Positions 9,644-18,502 of a DNA stretch of 52,890 bases are shown here, piece by piece. Positions within the stretch are counted from its first letter, which is position 1, and every line of letters begins with the position of its first letter. Location of the stretch: the NCBI GenBank assembly GCA_050506795.1, contig JBJHCF010000039.1, forward strand, positions 1 to 52,890, read 5' to 3'. The DNA comes from Opitutia bacterium (lineage in GTDB: Bacteria > Verrucomicrobiota > Verrucomicrobiia > Opitutales > T3Sed10-336). The translations under genes were made by a program, and so were the position numbers. The notes beneath the pieces were generated by a model. It worked only from the letters and a program-made list of their open reading frames with translations. It was not told the DNA's origin and made no database searches.

Positions 9644-9679
9644 CTGTAACCCCGCCCGTGCGGCGGACGAATAACCGTT
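9644..9679 (+). promoter_or_regulatory. ECF-sigma-type promoter, copy 2 (probable autoregulatory promoter)
   Basis: CTGTAACCC-N15-CGAATAACCGTT just upstream of the operon containing the ECF sigma; matches 5801-5836. Confidence 0.7.
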
Positions 9680-9685
9680 ATCCGA

Positions 9686-10564
9686 ATGAAATTGATCGCG
9701 ACAGCTCAGGCCGGCCTCACTGCCGCGCTTTTCGCCATGACCGGCGCAACGCTCTCGGCCGGCGAGGCTTGGCGTTACATACCCGAAGACGCGCGCTGGG
9801 TGGTGGTTGTCCGGATGCAGGAGTACCTGGAATCGGATTTTGGAAAGAGAATGACCGAACGGTTTCACGACGAAAAGGCCGATCGGTGGAATGCCGGCGT
9901 GCAACGGCTTTTCGGTATAGATCCAATGAAGGATGTCGACACAGTGATTCTCTCCGGTCGGGATGCTGAGAGGTTCAGTGGGGTCACTGTTTTTCTCGGC
10001 AATTTCTCTCCGGAGGAATCCCTCGATTTTCTCTCCGGAATGCCCGGATACCGTCGACTCATTCACCGGACACATACCATCCATGTGTGGCAAACCGGAG
10101 CCGTGGCCTACCCCAGGTCCGGGGTGGCGGTGGTCGGGTGGGGCGCCGAATCGGTGGAGGGTTTGCTGGATATTTTGGACGGCGAGCGTTCGCACCTGCC
10201 GGCCGAAACATTCGGGAGTCTGGCGGTGGAGGGATGGTTCATGCGTGCCTTTGCCGAGGACGTTGCCGCGATGCGCGGGATGCCTCCGCAAGCGGCGGTA
10301 CTGCAGTACACTTCGCGTCTCGATCTGGTCCTGGGCGAAGCCGGCGAAGCGTTTGCCGGAAAAGCGCGATTGATTCCGGCTGAGGGAGGGTCCGCGGCGA
10401 ACCTTGCGAACCGCTTGAGATCTTTGCTGGCTTACGCGCCCCTGATCGGTGAACCTGACAATCCGTTTGTGGTTCTGGCCGGACACACTTCGGTGGCCCT
10501 GAGTAAGGACGGCGCCTCGGCAGAGATTTCCCTCAGCGTTCCGGTGTCTCGACTGCCCTTTTAA
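9686..10564 (+). CDS. Exported hypothetical protein, first gene of the ECF operon
   Basis: Signal peptide ending TLSA; 292 aa; 3-bp gap to the sigma gene. Confidence 0.7.
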   Translation: MKLIATAQAGLTAALFAMTGATLSAGEAWRYIPEDARWVVVVRMQEYLESDFGKRMTERFHDEKADRWNAGVQRLFGIDPMKDVDTVILSGRDAERFSGVTVFLGNFSPEESLDFLSGMPGYRRLIHRTHTIHVWQTGAVAYPRSGVAVVGWGAESVEGLLDILDGERSHLPAETFGSLAVEGWFMRAFAEDVAAMRGMPPQAAVLQYTSRLDLVLGEAGEAFAGKARLIPAEGGSAANLANRLRSLLAYAPLIGEPDNPFVVLAGHTSVALSKDGASAEISLSVPVSRLPF

Positions 10565-10567
10565 GTC

Positions 10568-11212
10568 ATGCCGGATGAAGAACATGAAGAGCCGGAGGAA
10601 GTGGATGAAAAGGAACTGATCGCCGCCGCCCGAGGTGGAGATCAACGGGCCTTCGGTTCCCTGGTCGAACGCTACCAGAATCGACTCTTCCGGTTTATCC
10701 TGGAACGGATCGGCAATCGCGAGGATGCGGAAGATGTTTTGCAGATTACGTTCGTCACCGCTTACCGCAATCTCGCCGCCTACCGCGACAAGTACCGGTT
10801 TTCCACCTGGCTCTACACTTTGGCCTACCGGAGGACCGTCGATCGCATGCGTCAACGGCGAAATATTCCGGCCGAGGCGACGACCGACCGGCTGGTCGAC
10901 GCCCATCCGGCGGCGTCAATGGAAGCGGAGGAAGTGCATGACCGGCTCTGGGGACTCGCCCGCCGGGTTCTCAGCGACCGGCAGCACACTCTGCTCTGGC
11001 TGCGCTACGGCGAAGACCTCGACCTGGGGGAAATCGCCTCGGTCACCGGGCTTTCCCGCACCCACATCAAAGTGCTTCTTTACCGGGCCCGCCAGATTCT
11101 TGCCCGGCATCTGGCCACGCTGAAAGATGAACAATTGATGCCGCACCGGAATTCCTCCGCACAACGGACGGAACAAGCCTGGTCGCGGCATCCAATGATG
11201 GAGAAATCATGA
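10568..11212 (+). CDS. ECF RNA polymerase sigma factor
   Basis: Region 2 (DAEDVLQITF, FSTWLYTLA) and region 4 (EIASVTGLSRTHIKVLLYRAR). Confidence 0.92.
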   Translation: MPDEEHEEPEEVDEKELIAAARGGDQRAFGSLVERYQNRLFRFILERIGNREDAEDVLQITFVTAYRNLAAYRDKYRFSTWLYTLAYRRTVDRMRQRRNIPAEATTDRLVDAHPAASMEAEEVHDRLWGLARRVLSDRQHTLLWLRYGEDLDLGEIASVTGLSRTHIKVLLYRARQILARHLATLKDEQLMPHRNSSAQRTEQAWSRHPMMEKS

Positions 11213-11736
11213 AACACTTCCCGTTTTCAATCATCCGCTGCCTTCTGGTCCGCTTCCGCAACGAAAGGTTGCTGGATGAGGGTCCGGAGATCCCGGCTTC
11301 AACCCAGGCCCACCTTTCGCAGTGCGATCGGTGCCGGGAGTGGTTCAGGTTGGAAGGTCGCCTGGTGCAAAACCTCCGACGAGAAGCGCGCGCCGTCCGG
11401 GCCGCCCCGTCCGAGTCCGCGCGCAGACGCATCATGGACGCCATCGCAGCCTCATACGAACCTCCGTCGGTGGTGCGCAGCAGTTGGCGGTGGGCAAGCG
11501 TGGCCGGCGCCGCCGTGCTGGCGCTCGGATTAACGGTTTGGTGGATGGGGGAAACCACCGCTGACTCCGGCGATGTTTTATCGCAGACTCCCGAAATCCC
11601 GGTGGCGCTTTACCCGGTCCAGCCGGTGGAGAAGCCGGAAATCGAATACGTCCGCGAGTTGGAACGCCTGATCGCCGACGGCCGGGCCGGCGCCCGATTT
11701 GTAATGTCGTCCTTTCCACTCCACGACGACTATTGA
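11209..11736 (+). CDS. Zinc-binding (ZAS) membrane anti-sigma factor
   Basis: HxxxCxxC motif (HLSQCDRC), one TM helix, overlaps the sigma stop. Confidence 0.8.
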   Translation: MKHFPFSIIRCLLVRFRNERLLDEGPEIPASTQAHLSQCDRCREWFRLEGRLVQNLRREARAVRAAPSESARRRIMDAIAASYEPPSVVRSSWRWASVAGAAVLALGLTVWWMGETTADSGDVLSQTPEIPVALYPVQPVEKPEIEYVRELERLIADGRAGARFVMSSFPLHDDY

Positions 11737-11964
11737 GCCCTGGCTTGCCTTGGGTCGGGAGGATTGACCACCCAAATCCGGGCGAAAACGTGAGTTTCAC
11801 ATCCGCCCTGGGGCCGAGAATCCCTGAGCTTTAATGGATTAGGGAGTCTCCGCCAATCGGCAGCCGAAGGATTTTCTCACAAATGGCATTGACTTGGCGG
11901 AAATCCGGACGATCTCTTTACGTGGCGTCCCTTCGGCTTGTGCCCGGGGGGACGAACTTGTTTT

Positions 11965-13794
11965 ATGAACGCCGAACACATTCGCAACATCGCCATTATC
12001 GCCCACGTCGACCACGGTAAGACGACGCTGGTGGATCAACTCCTGGGTCAAAGCGGCACTTTTCGAGCCAACCAGGAGGTCGCCGAACGGGTCATGGACA
12101 ACATGGACCTGGAACGGGAGAAGGGGATCACCATCCGGGCCAAAAACACCGCCATCCACTGGAAGGATCACCTGATCAACATCGTGGACACCCCCGGTCA
12201 CGCCGATTTCGGGGCCGAAGTGGAGCGTGTCATGAAAATGGTGGACGGCGTGCTGCTGGTCGTCGATGCCTACGAAGGTCCCCGAGCTCAGACCCGGTTC
12301 GTATTGCGCAAGGCATTGCAGGAGGGGTTGAAGCCCGTGGTGGTGATCAATAAGATCGACCGGGAAAACAGTAATCCGGTCAAAGTACACGACCAGGTCC
12401 TGGAGCTCTTTCTGGAGTTGGAGGCGACCGAGGAACAGTTCAACGCCGCCTTTGTTTACGGCAGCGCCAAAGAAGGGTTTATGTTGCGTTCCCTCGAAGA
12501 CGCCCGCGACGGAATGACCCCGCTTTTTGAAACCATCATCGAACGAGTGCCGCCCCCGGCGGTCGAGCCGGAGGGGGAGTTTCGCATGCTGGTCAGCAAT
12601 ATCGACTGGAGCGATTACGTCGGCCGAATCGCGGTCGGTAAAATCGCATCCGGATCGATACGCTCCGGAGATTCAATATTTGTAGTGCATCGGGACGGCC
12701 GACGCGAACGTCGCCGTATCACCAAGGTCTTTGAGTACAGCGGTATACGCACCCAGGACACCGCTGCCGGCATCGCCGGCAACATTGTTGGTCTGGCCGG
12801 ATTCGAGGAAGTTGATATCGGCACCACTCTTTGCGCTTCGGAGACTGCCGAAGCCATCGAATTCGTGGCCATCGATCCTCCGACCGTCAAAATGCTTTTT
12901 ATGGTCAACGACGGTCCTATGGCCGGACAGGAAGGCAAATACGTCACCACTCGGCAGATCCGCGATCGGCTCTTCAAAGAAGTTAAGACCAATATTTCCA
13001 TCCAGGTCGAGGAAAGCGATAACGCCGGCAGCTTCGAAGTCAGCGCCCGCGGCGCCATGCAAATCGCGGTGCTCGTCGAACAGATGCGCCGCGAAGGTTT
13101 CGAACTCCTGGTCTCACGCCCCATGGTCATTACCCGCAACGAAGGAGGAAAGACGTTGGAGCCGTACGAAACCTTCTGGCTGGAGACTCCGGAAGAGACC
13201 TTGGGCGGGGTGATGAAATCCCTGGCCACCCGCCGCGGGAAAATCGACCGCATGGATAACCATGCCTCCGGGGTCACTCTCGAAGGGGTGATTCCGACTC
13301 GCGGTTTGATCGGATTCGAGACCGAACTGATCAACCTCACCAGCGGCCGTGGCGTCATGTCTCATCTGTTCCGGGAGTACGCCCCTCACTGCGGCGATAT
13401 CGCGGGCCGGTCCACCGGAACGCTGGTCTCCATGGAAAAGGGGGAAACGCGAGCCTATGCCCTAAGCGCATTGGAGGACCGCGGCCGCCTCTTCGTCGAA
13501 GCCGGGGAAGAAGTCTATCCCGGAATGATTGTCGGCGAGAGCCCGCGTCAGGAAGACCTGCCGGTCAATCCCACCAAGGGAAAACAGCTCACCAACTTCC
13601 GCTCGCAGGGGGAAGGGAAGGGCATCCAGCTATCCCCCAAGGTTTTCTTTAGCCTGGAGCGTGCCATCGAATATATCGCTCCGGACGAATTGGTCGAGGT
13701 CACGCCGGCGAGCATCCGTTTCCGCAAACGGATTCTCAACGCCGACGAACGTCGCAAACACGAAAAGCGACTGAAGAGCCTGGCCGCCGTCTAG
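11965..13794 (+). CDS. typA: Translational GTPase TypA/BipA
   Basis: IRNIAIIAHVDHGKTT, DTPGHADF, NKID, and the TypA C-terminal DELVEVTP. Confidence 0.96.
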   Translation: MNAEHIRNIAIIAHVDHGKTTLVDQLLGQSGTFRANQEVAERVMDNMDLEREKGITIRAKNTAIHWKDHLINIVDTPGHADFGAEVERVMKMVDGVLLVVDAYEGPRAQTRFVLRKALQEGLKPVVVINKIDRENSNPVKVHDQVLELFLELEATEEQFNAAFVYGSAKEGFMLRSLEDARDGMTPLFETIIERVPPPAVEPEGEFRMLVSNIDWSDYVGRIAVGKIASGSIRSGDSIFVVHRDGRRERRRITKVFEYSGIRTQDTAAGIAGNIVGLAGFEEVDIGTTLCASETAEAIEFVAIDPPTVKMLFMVNDGPMAGQEGKYVTTRQIRDRLFKEVKTNISIQVEESDNAGSFEVSARGAMQIAVLVEQMRREGFELLVSRPMVITRNEGGKTLEPYETFWLETPEETLGGVMKSLATRRGKIDRMDNHASGVTLEGVIPTRGLIGFETELINLTSGRGVMSHLFREYAPHCGDIAGRSTGTLVSMEKGETRAYALSALEDRGRLFVEAGEEVYPGMIVGESPRQEDLPVNPTKGKQLTNFRSQGEGKGIQLSPKVFFSLERAIEYIAPDELVEVTPASIRFRKRILNADERRKHEKRLKSLAAV

Positions 13795-13800
13795 GGAGCC

Positions 13801-13821
13801 CGGGCCCCGGAGCGGGGCCCG
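13801..13821. terminator. GC hairpin between convergent typA and cyclophilin genes
   Basis: CGGGCCCC-GGAGC-GGGGCCCG; no clear U-tract. Confidence 0.4.
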
Positions 13822-13846
13822 ATTCCGGGAGGACGCGGCGAGTGGC

Positions 13847-14500
13847 TCAGCGGTTCCCCTGGCGCAGGCGGTCGAAGGCCTCCTGGCTGATCTCAAATCC
13901 CTCGGCTTCGGGGCCGACCCGGATTATTTCGACCCGCTCCATCACATCGCCCTGGCGAACCGCGTCGACCACGTTCTGACCTTCGACCACCCGGCCGAAA
14001 ACCGTGTGGCCTCCGTTCAAGTGGGGAGTGGCCACATGGGTGATGAAGAACTGGCTTCCGTTGGTGCCCGGCCCGGCGTTGGCCATCGAGAGCACCCCGG
14101 GACCGTCGTGCCGCAGGGAATTGTCGAATTCATCCGGAAAACGGTATCCCGGGCCTCCGGTGCCGCGTCCATCAGGACAGCCTCCCTGGATCATGAAGTT
14201 GGCGATCACCCGGTGGAACGTCAGGCCGTCGTAGAACGGCTCGCCTGCCGGCCGGTTCGATGACAGTTTGCCTTCGGCCAGGCCGGCGAAGTTCATGACC
14301 GTCATGGGTGTTTTGTCGTAGTGCAGCCGCAGCAGAATCTCGCCGCGGTTGGTGGTGATCTTGGCGTAGAGGCCGTCTTCCATAGTCGCTTCCGTTTCAG
14401 GTTGTTCCTCCGCTTCCTCGCGCTCGGTTTCGGCGCACGCGCTCAGAGCGGATACCAGTAAACAGAGAACTCCAGTGGCGATTAAACGATAGGTTGTCAT
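13847..14500 (-). CDS. Cyclophilin-type peptidyl-prolyl isomerase, probable lipoprotein
   Basis: [32 protein letters not shown]. Start at 14500 gives a lipobox signal (LSAC). Confidence 0.9.
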   Translation of the reverse strand: MTTYRLIATGVLCLLVSALSACAETEREEAEEQPETEATMEDGLYAKITTNRGEILLRLHYDKTPMTVMNFAGLAEGKLSSNRPAGEPFYDGLTFHRVIANFMIQGGCPDGRGTGGPGYRFPDEFDNSLRHDGPGVLSMANAGPGTNGSQFFITHVATPHLNGGHTVFGRVVEGQNVVDAVRQGDVMERVEIIRVGPEAEGFEISQEAFDRLRQGNR

Positions 14501-14720
14501 TTGGTTGATTGTTTTTGCGAAAGTATCGTCCACACCTTTGGCCGGCCCGGCGGTTGGGGTCAAAGCATTTTCTCGCCCTTCCGACTGGAAAATTACCGAA
14601 ATATAATCTTTCTTGTTTCGATTCTGCTTTGTCTGGGTTATATCTTTCGAATCTGTTTTCACAACGGGCCACGGCCAGTACGGCTCTCCCTAATTCCGCT
14701 AACCAAAAATCGACCTCCTT

Positions 14721-17700
14721 ATGATTGGATCCATCTCGTCCCTCTCCACAGCCTGTGCCAAAGCGGCTGCTGTTTCGGGCCTTTGTTTCGCCCTTCTCTT
14801 TTCTGGTTGCTCCGATCAACCCTCCGCGCACTCTGATGAGTCTCATGGGGCGGCCGGACACGAGCACGCCCACATGCATGAAAGCATGGCGCCGGCTCAG
14901 GTCGAAGCCAGGGTTGAGCCGACTCCATTGGAGCGGCCCACGCACCGTCCGGTCGAACTGAGTCATGAACCGGGCTCTCGCATCGACGTGCTTTTCCTTG
15001 GCGACCGAGCCGGCCATCAACCTGCGGAACGGGCCAAGCAGCTGATTCCGATGATGCTGGACCGGAATATTCACATGACCTACACCGAGGACGTGGAGCG
15101 AGCTCTTACCCGCGAGACGCTGGATCGCTACCACGTGCTTTTCGTTTATGCCAACATCGATACCATCACCGATTCCCAGGCGGAAGCGTTGTTGGGCTAC
15201 GTGGCGGATGGCGGGGGTTTCGTTCCGGTACATTCGGCTTCCTACTGTTTCCGCAACAATGACGATGTGGTCGCCCTGATTGGGGGCCAGTTCCGGTATC
15301 ACGGGCCGATTCGCACCTTCAGCACCCGTATCGTGGAGCCGGATCATCCGATCATGCAGGGATTGGATCCCATCGAAAGCGCGGACGAACCCTACGAACA
15401 CACCCTGCATAACGAGGAAAACCGGACCGTCCTGTCGTACCGTGACGATGAACCTTACACCTGGATCCGGACGCACGGTGAAGGGCGGGTCTTTTACACC
15501 GCCTGGGGTCACGATCAACGCACCTGGAGCCATCCGGGTTTCCACGACCTGATTGAACGCGGGATCCGGTGGAGTGCGGGTCGCGACGTACAGGCGGAAC
15601 TGGAGATCCGCGAGATTCGTCGTCCGTTCGAATATATCGAGCAGGAAGTCGCTTATTACCCGCCTCCCAACGCGACCGAACGGGAGTGGAACCGGGTGCA
15701 GAAAACCCTGACCCCGGAGGAATCGATGGAGCGTGTCATTCTTCCCGGCGGATTTGAACTCCAGCTTTTCGCCTCCGAACCCGATATCCGCAAACCGATC
15801 ACGATGGCCTGGGATGAGCGCGGCCGCCTCTGGGTCGCCGAAACCATCGACTATCCGAACGAATTGCGCCCGGCCGGCGAGGGACGGGACCGTCTGACCA
15901 TTCTGGAGGATACCACCGGCGATGGCCGAGCGGACAAGTTCACGGTGTTCGCGGAGAATCTCAGTATTCCCACCGGCATCGCGTTCGCCAATGGCGGCGT
16001 GCTCATTTACCATGCCCCCGACACGATTTTCCTCAAGGATACCACCGGCGACGACCGGGCCGACCACAAGGAGGTGATCTTCACCGGATGGGGAACGGGC
16101 GACACCCACGCGCAAGCCAGCAATCTTCGGTACGGATTCGACAACTGGTTCTGGGGCGTTCAGGGCTACAGTGGTTTCAACGGTGAAGTTGGAGATCAGC
16201 GTTTACGTTTCGGCAGTGGATTCCACCGGTTCACTCCGGACGGTTCCACCCTGGAGTTCATGCGGACCACCAACAACAACACCTGGGGCCTTGGATTCGG
16301 CGAGGACGGAATCGTTTTTGGCTCGACCGCCAATAACAACCCCAGCGTCCTGATGCCGTTCCCCAATCGTTACTTCGAGGATGTTTGGGATTTGCGTCCC
16401 AACACTTCGACGCGTTTGGCCGGCACCTCACGCTTCCTTTTTATCCGCGACCGGATCCGGCAGGTCGACGTTCACGGTGGTTACACCGCCGCCGCGGGTC
16501 ACGCGCTTTACACCGCCCGTACCTGGCCCCAGGAATACTGGAATCGGATCGCCTTCGTGACCGACGCCACCGGGCACATGGTGGGAGAATTTGTGTTGGA
16601 ACCGAATGGGGCCGCGTTCCAGGCCGTCAATGACACCAATCTGCTGGTGAGTGACGATGAATGGTTCGCTCCCATCATGGCCGAAGTCGGCCCCGATGGT
16701 CACGTCTGGGTAATTGACTGGTACAACTACATCATTCAGCACAATCCCACGCCGCGCGGTTACCAGACGGGCCGGGGCAACGCCTATATCACCGACCTTC
16801 GCGACCAACGGCACGGCCGCATATACCGCGTGGTGTATACCGGCGCGGAACCTTACGAGCCGATTTCCCTGCATGACGCGGCGCCGGAAAAACTTCTGGA
16901 ATCGCTGGCCCACCACAATCTCCTGTGGCGCAAACACGCGCAGCGCCTCCTGGTCGAGCGCGGCGAAACCGATGTGGTGCCGGATCTGATCGATCTGGTG
17001 CGCAACGAGTGGGTGGACGAAATCGGCCTTAACGTCGGCGCGGTGCACGCTTTGTGGACTTTGCACGGGCTGGGGGCCATGAATGGCGGATCCCCGGAGG
17101 CTCTCGCCGCCGCGGCGAATGCACTGAACCATCCGTCCGCCGCCGTTCGTCGCAACGCGGCCGCCGTGCTTCCCCCCACCGCCCAGACCGGCCGGGCGAT
17201 TCTGGCGGCCAATATACTCGAAGACGAAAACGCGCAGGTCCGGCTTGCCGCGCTGTTGGCTTTGTCCGAGGTGCCTTCATCTCGATTGATCGGTCAGGCG
17301 ATTTACCGGATGCATGACCGTGAGGACAACCGCGGGGATCGTATCCTGGAGGACGCATTGATCATCGCTATACATACCCATCAGGATGGGTTTATCGCCT
17401 CTGCTTCCGCCGATGGTCGTTTTGATCCTGACCAGGAAGAGGAGGAAGAAACGGATGCGGTGAACCTGATTCCCAATCCGTCCCTTGCGCAGGTGGAAAA
17501 CGGTCAGGCCGTCGGTTGGACTCCTCGGAATTACGGCGGCTCCGCGCAGCACAGCGTGGTTCCCGAGGGCCGCAACGGCGGATATGCGCTCAGAATCGAC
17601 TCCGAGTCGGGAGCCGACACGAGCTTCTACACCGACGTTCAAGTCAATCCCAACACGGTCTATGAGCTCAGCGCCTGGATCAAAACGGAGAACGTCAGGC

Positions 17701-18377
17701 GAGCCGCCGGTGGGTTGCTCAATATTCACGGCTGGTCGCGAGAACAGGGTGGCACCAACGCAGTCAATGGCACCCGCGACTGGGAACGGGTTCATTTGCG
17801 TTTTAATAGTGGCAGTTATAACCAGATCTCGATCAACGCGCTTTTCGGCGGGTGGGGCCAATCCATCGGTACGGTTTGGTACGACGATTTCGAACTCATT
17901 GAAATCGGACCCGCCGGGGTCGAGAATAGGGTCCTTGCCTTCCTGGTAGAGCAATTCGGCGACGGAATTGAAGCCGCGTCCATCCCCGCCGGATACGAAG
18001 ACGCTTTGGAGATCCGGGTGGGAGTTGTTCCCGATGTTCTGCTCTTCGACATTGAAGAGTTTTCCGTTCCCGCCGGCACTCCAATCCGGCTCGTGTTTGA
18101 GAACCCGGATCACATGCCGCACAACTTCCTGATCATCAATCCGGGAACCCTTAACCAGATCGGCGAGTTGGCCGATGCCATGATCATGGATCCGCGGGCA
18201 GAGGAAAAACACTATGTTCCGGACTCTCCGGACGTCCTGGCGTGGACTCCAATCCTCGATCCGGATGAAACCTTCGAGCTGTTTTTCACCGCACCGGAAG
18301 AGCCGGGAGAATATCCGTTTGTTTGCACCTTCCCGGGGCACTGGCGGATTATGAACGGCGTTATGACGGTGGAGTAG
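14721..18377 (+). CDS. PVC-type multidomain dehydrogenase-like lipoprotein (ThuA-like + beta-propeller + HEAT + CBM-like + cupredoxin)
   Basis: Lipobox FSGC; ThuA-like VFYTAWGHD; LFASEPDI..WDERGRLWVAET..DGRADK propeller; helical repeats; NLIPNPS..YELSAWIKT..WYDDFEL CBM-like domain; HMPHNF..CTFPGHWRIM type-1 copper site. Confidence 0.85.
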   Translation: MIGSISSLSTACAKAAAVSGLCFALLFSGCSDQPSAHSDESHGAAGHEHAHMHESMAPAQVEARVEPTPLERPTHRPVELSHEPGSRIDVLFLGDRAGHQPAERAKQLIPMMLDRNIHMTYTEDVERALTRETLDRYHVLFVYANIDTITDSQAEALLGYVADGGGFVPVHSASYCFRNNDDVVALIGGQFRYHGPIRTFSTRIVEPDHPIMQGLDPIESADEPYEHTLHNEENRTVLSYRDDEPYTWIRTHGEGRVFYTAWGHDQRTWSHPGFHDLIERGIRWSAGRDVQAELEIREIRRPFEYIEQEVAYYPPPNATEREWNRVQKTLTPEESMERVILPGGFELQLFASEPDIRKPITMAWDERGRLWVAETIDYPNELRPAGEGRDRLTILEDTTGDGRADKFTVFAENLSIPTGIAFANGGVLIYHAPDTIFLKDTTGDDRADHKEVIFTGWGTGDTHAQASNLRYGFDNWFWGVQGYSGFNGEVGDQRLRFGSGFHRFTPDGSTLEFMRTTNNNTWGLGFGEDGIVFGSTANNNPSVLMPFPNRYFEDVWDLRPNTSTRLAGTSRFLFIRDRIRQVDVHGGYTAAAGHALYTARTWPQEYWNRIAFVTDATGHMVGEFVLEPNGAAFQAVNDTNLLVSDDEWFAPIMAEVGPDGHVWVIDWYNYIIQHNPTPRGYQTGRGNAYITDLRDQRHGRIYRVVYTGAEPYEPISLHDAAPEKLLESLAHHNLLWRKHAQRLLVERGETDVVPDLIDLVRNEWVDEIGLNVGAVHALWTLHGLGAMNGGSPEALAAAANALNHPSAAVRRNAAAVLPPTAQTGRAILAANILEDENAQVRLAALLALSEVPSSRLIGQAIYRMHDREDNRGDRILEDALIIAIHTHQDGFIASASADGRFDPDQEEEEETDAVNLIPNPSLAQVENGQAVGWTPRNYGGSAQHSVVPEGRNGGYALRIDSESGADTSFYTDVQVNPNTVYELSAWIKTENVRRAAGGLLNIHGWSREQGGTNAVNGTRDWERVHLRFNSGSYNQISINALFGGWGQSIGTVWYDDFELIEIGPAGVENRVLAFLVEQFGDGIEAASIPAGYEDALEIRVGVVPDVLLFDIEEFSVPAGTPIRLVFENPDHMPHNFLIINPGTLNQIGELADAMIMDPRAEEKHYVPDSPDVLAWTPILDPDETFELFFTAPEEPGEYPFVCTFPGHWRIMNGVMTVE

Positions 18378-18502
18378 GCCTCTTTCGTGACCCATTCTTG
18401 AATGGGATGTGACTCGGATACTGTTCCTGACGAATCGCGATTGTTTTCGGGATTCGTCGGGAACCTTTTCGGGTATCCGCCCTTCGGAAGCCTGGTTCCG
18501 CA

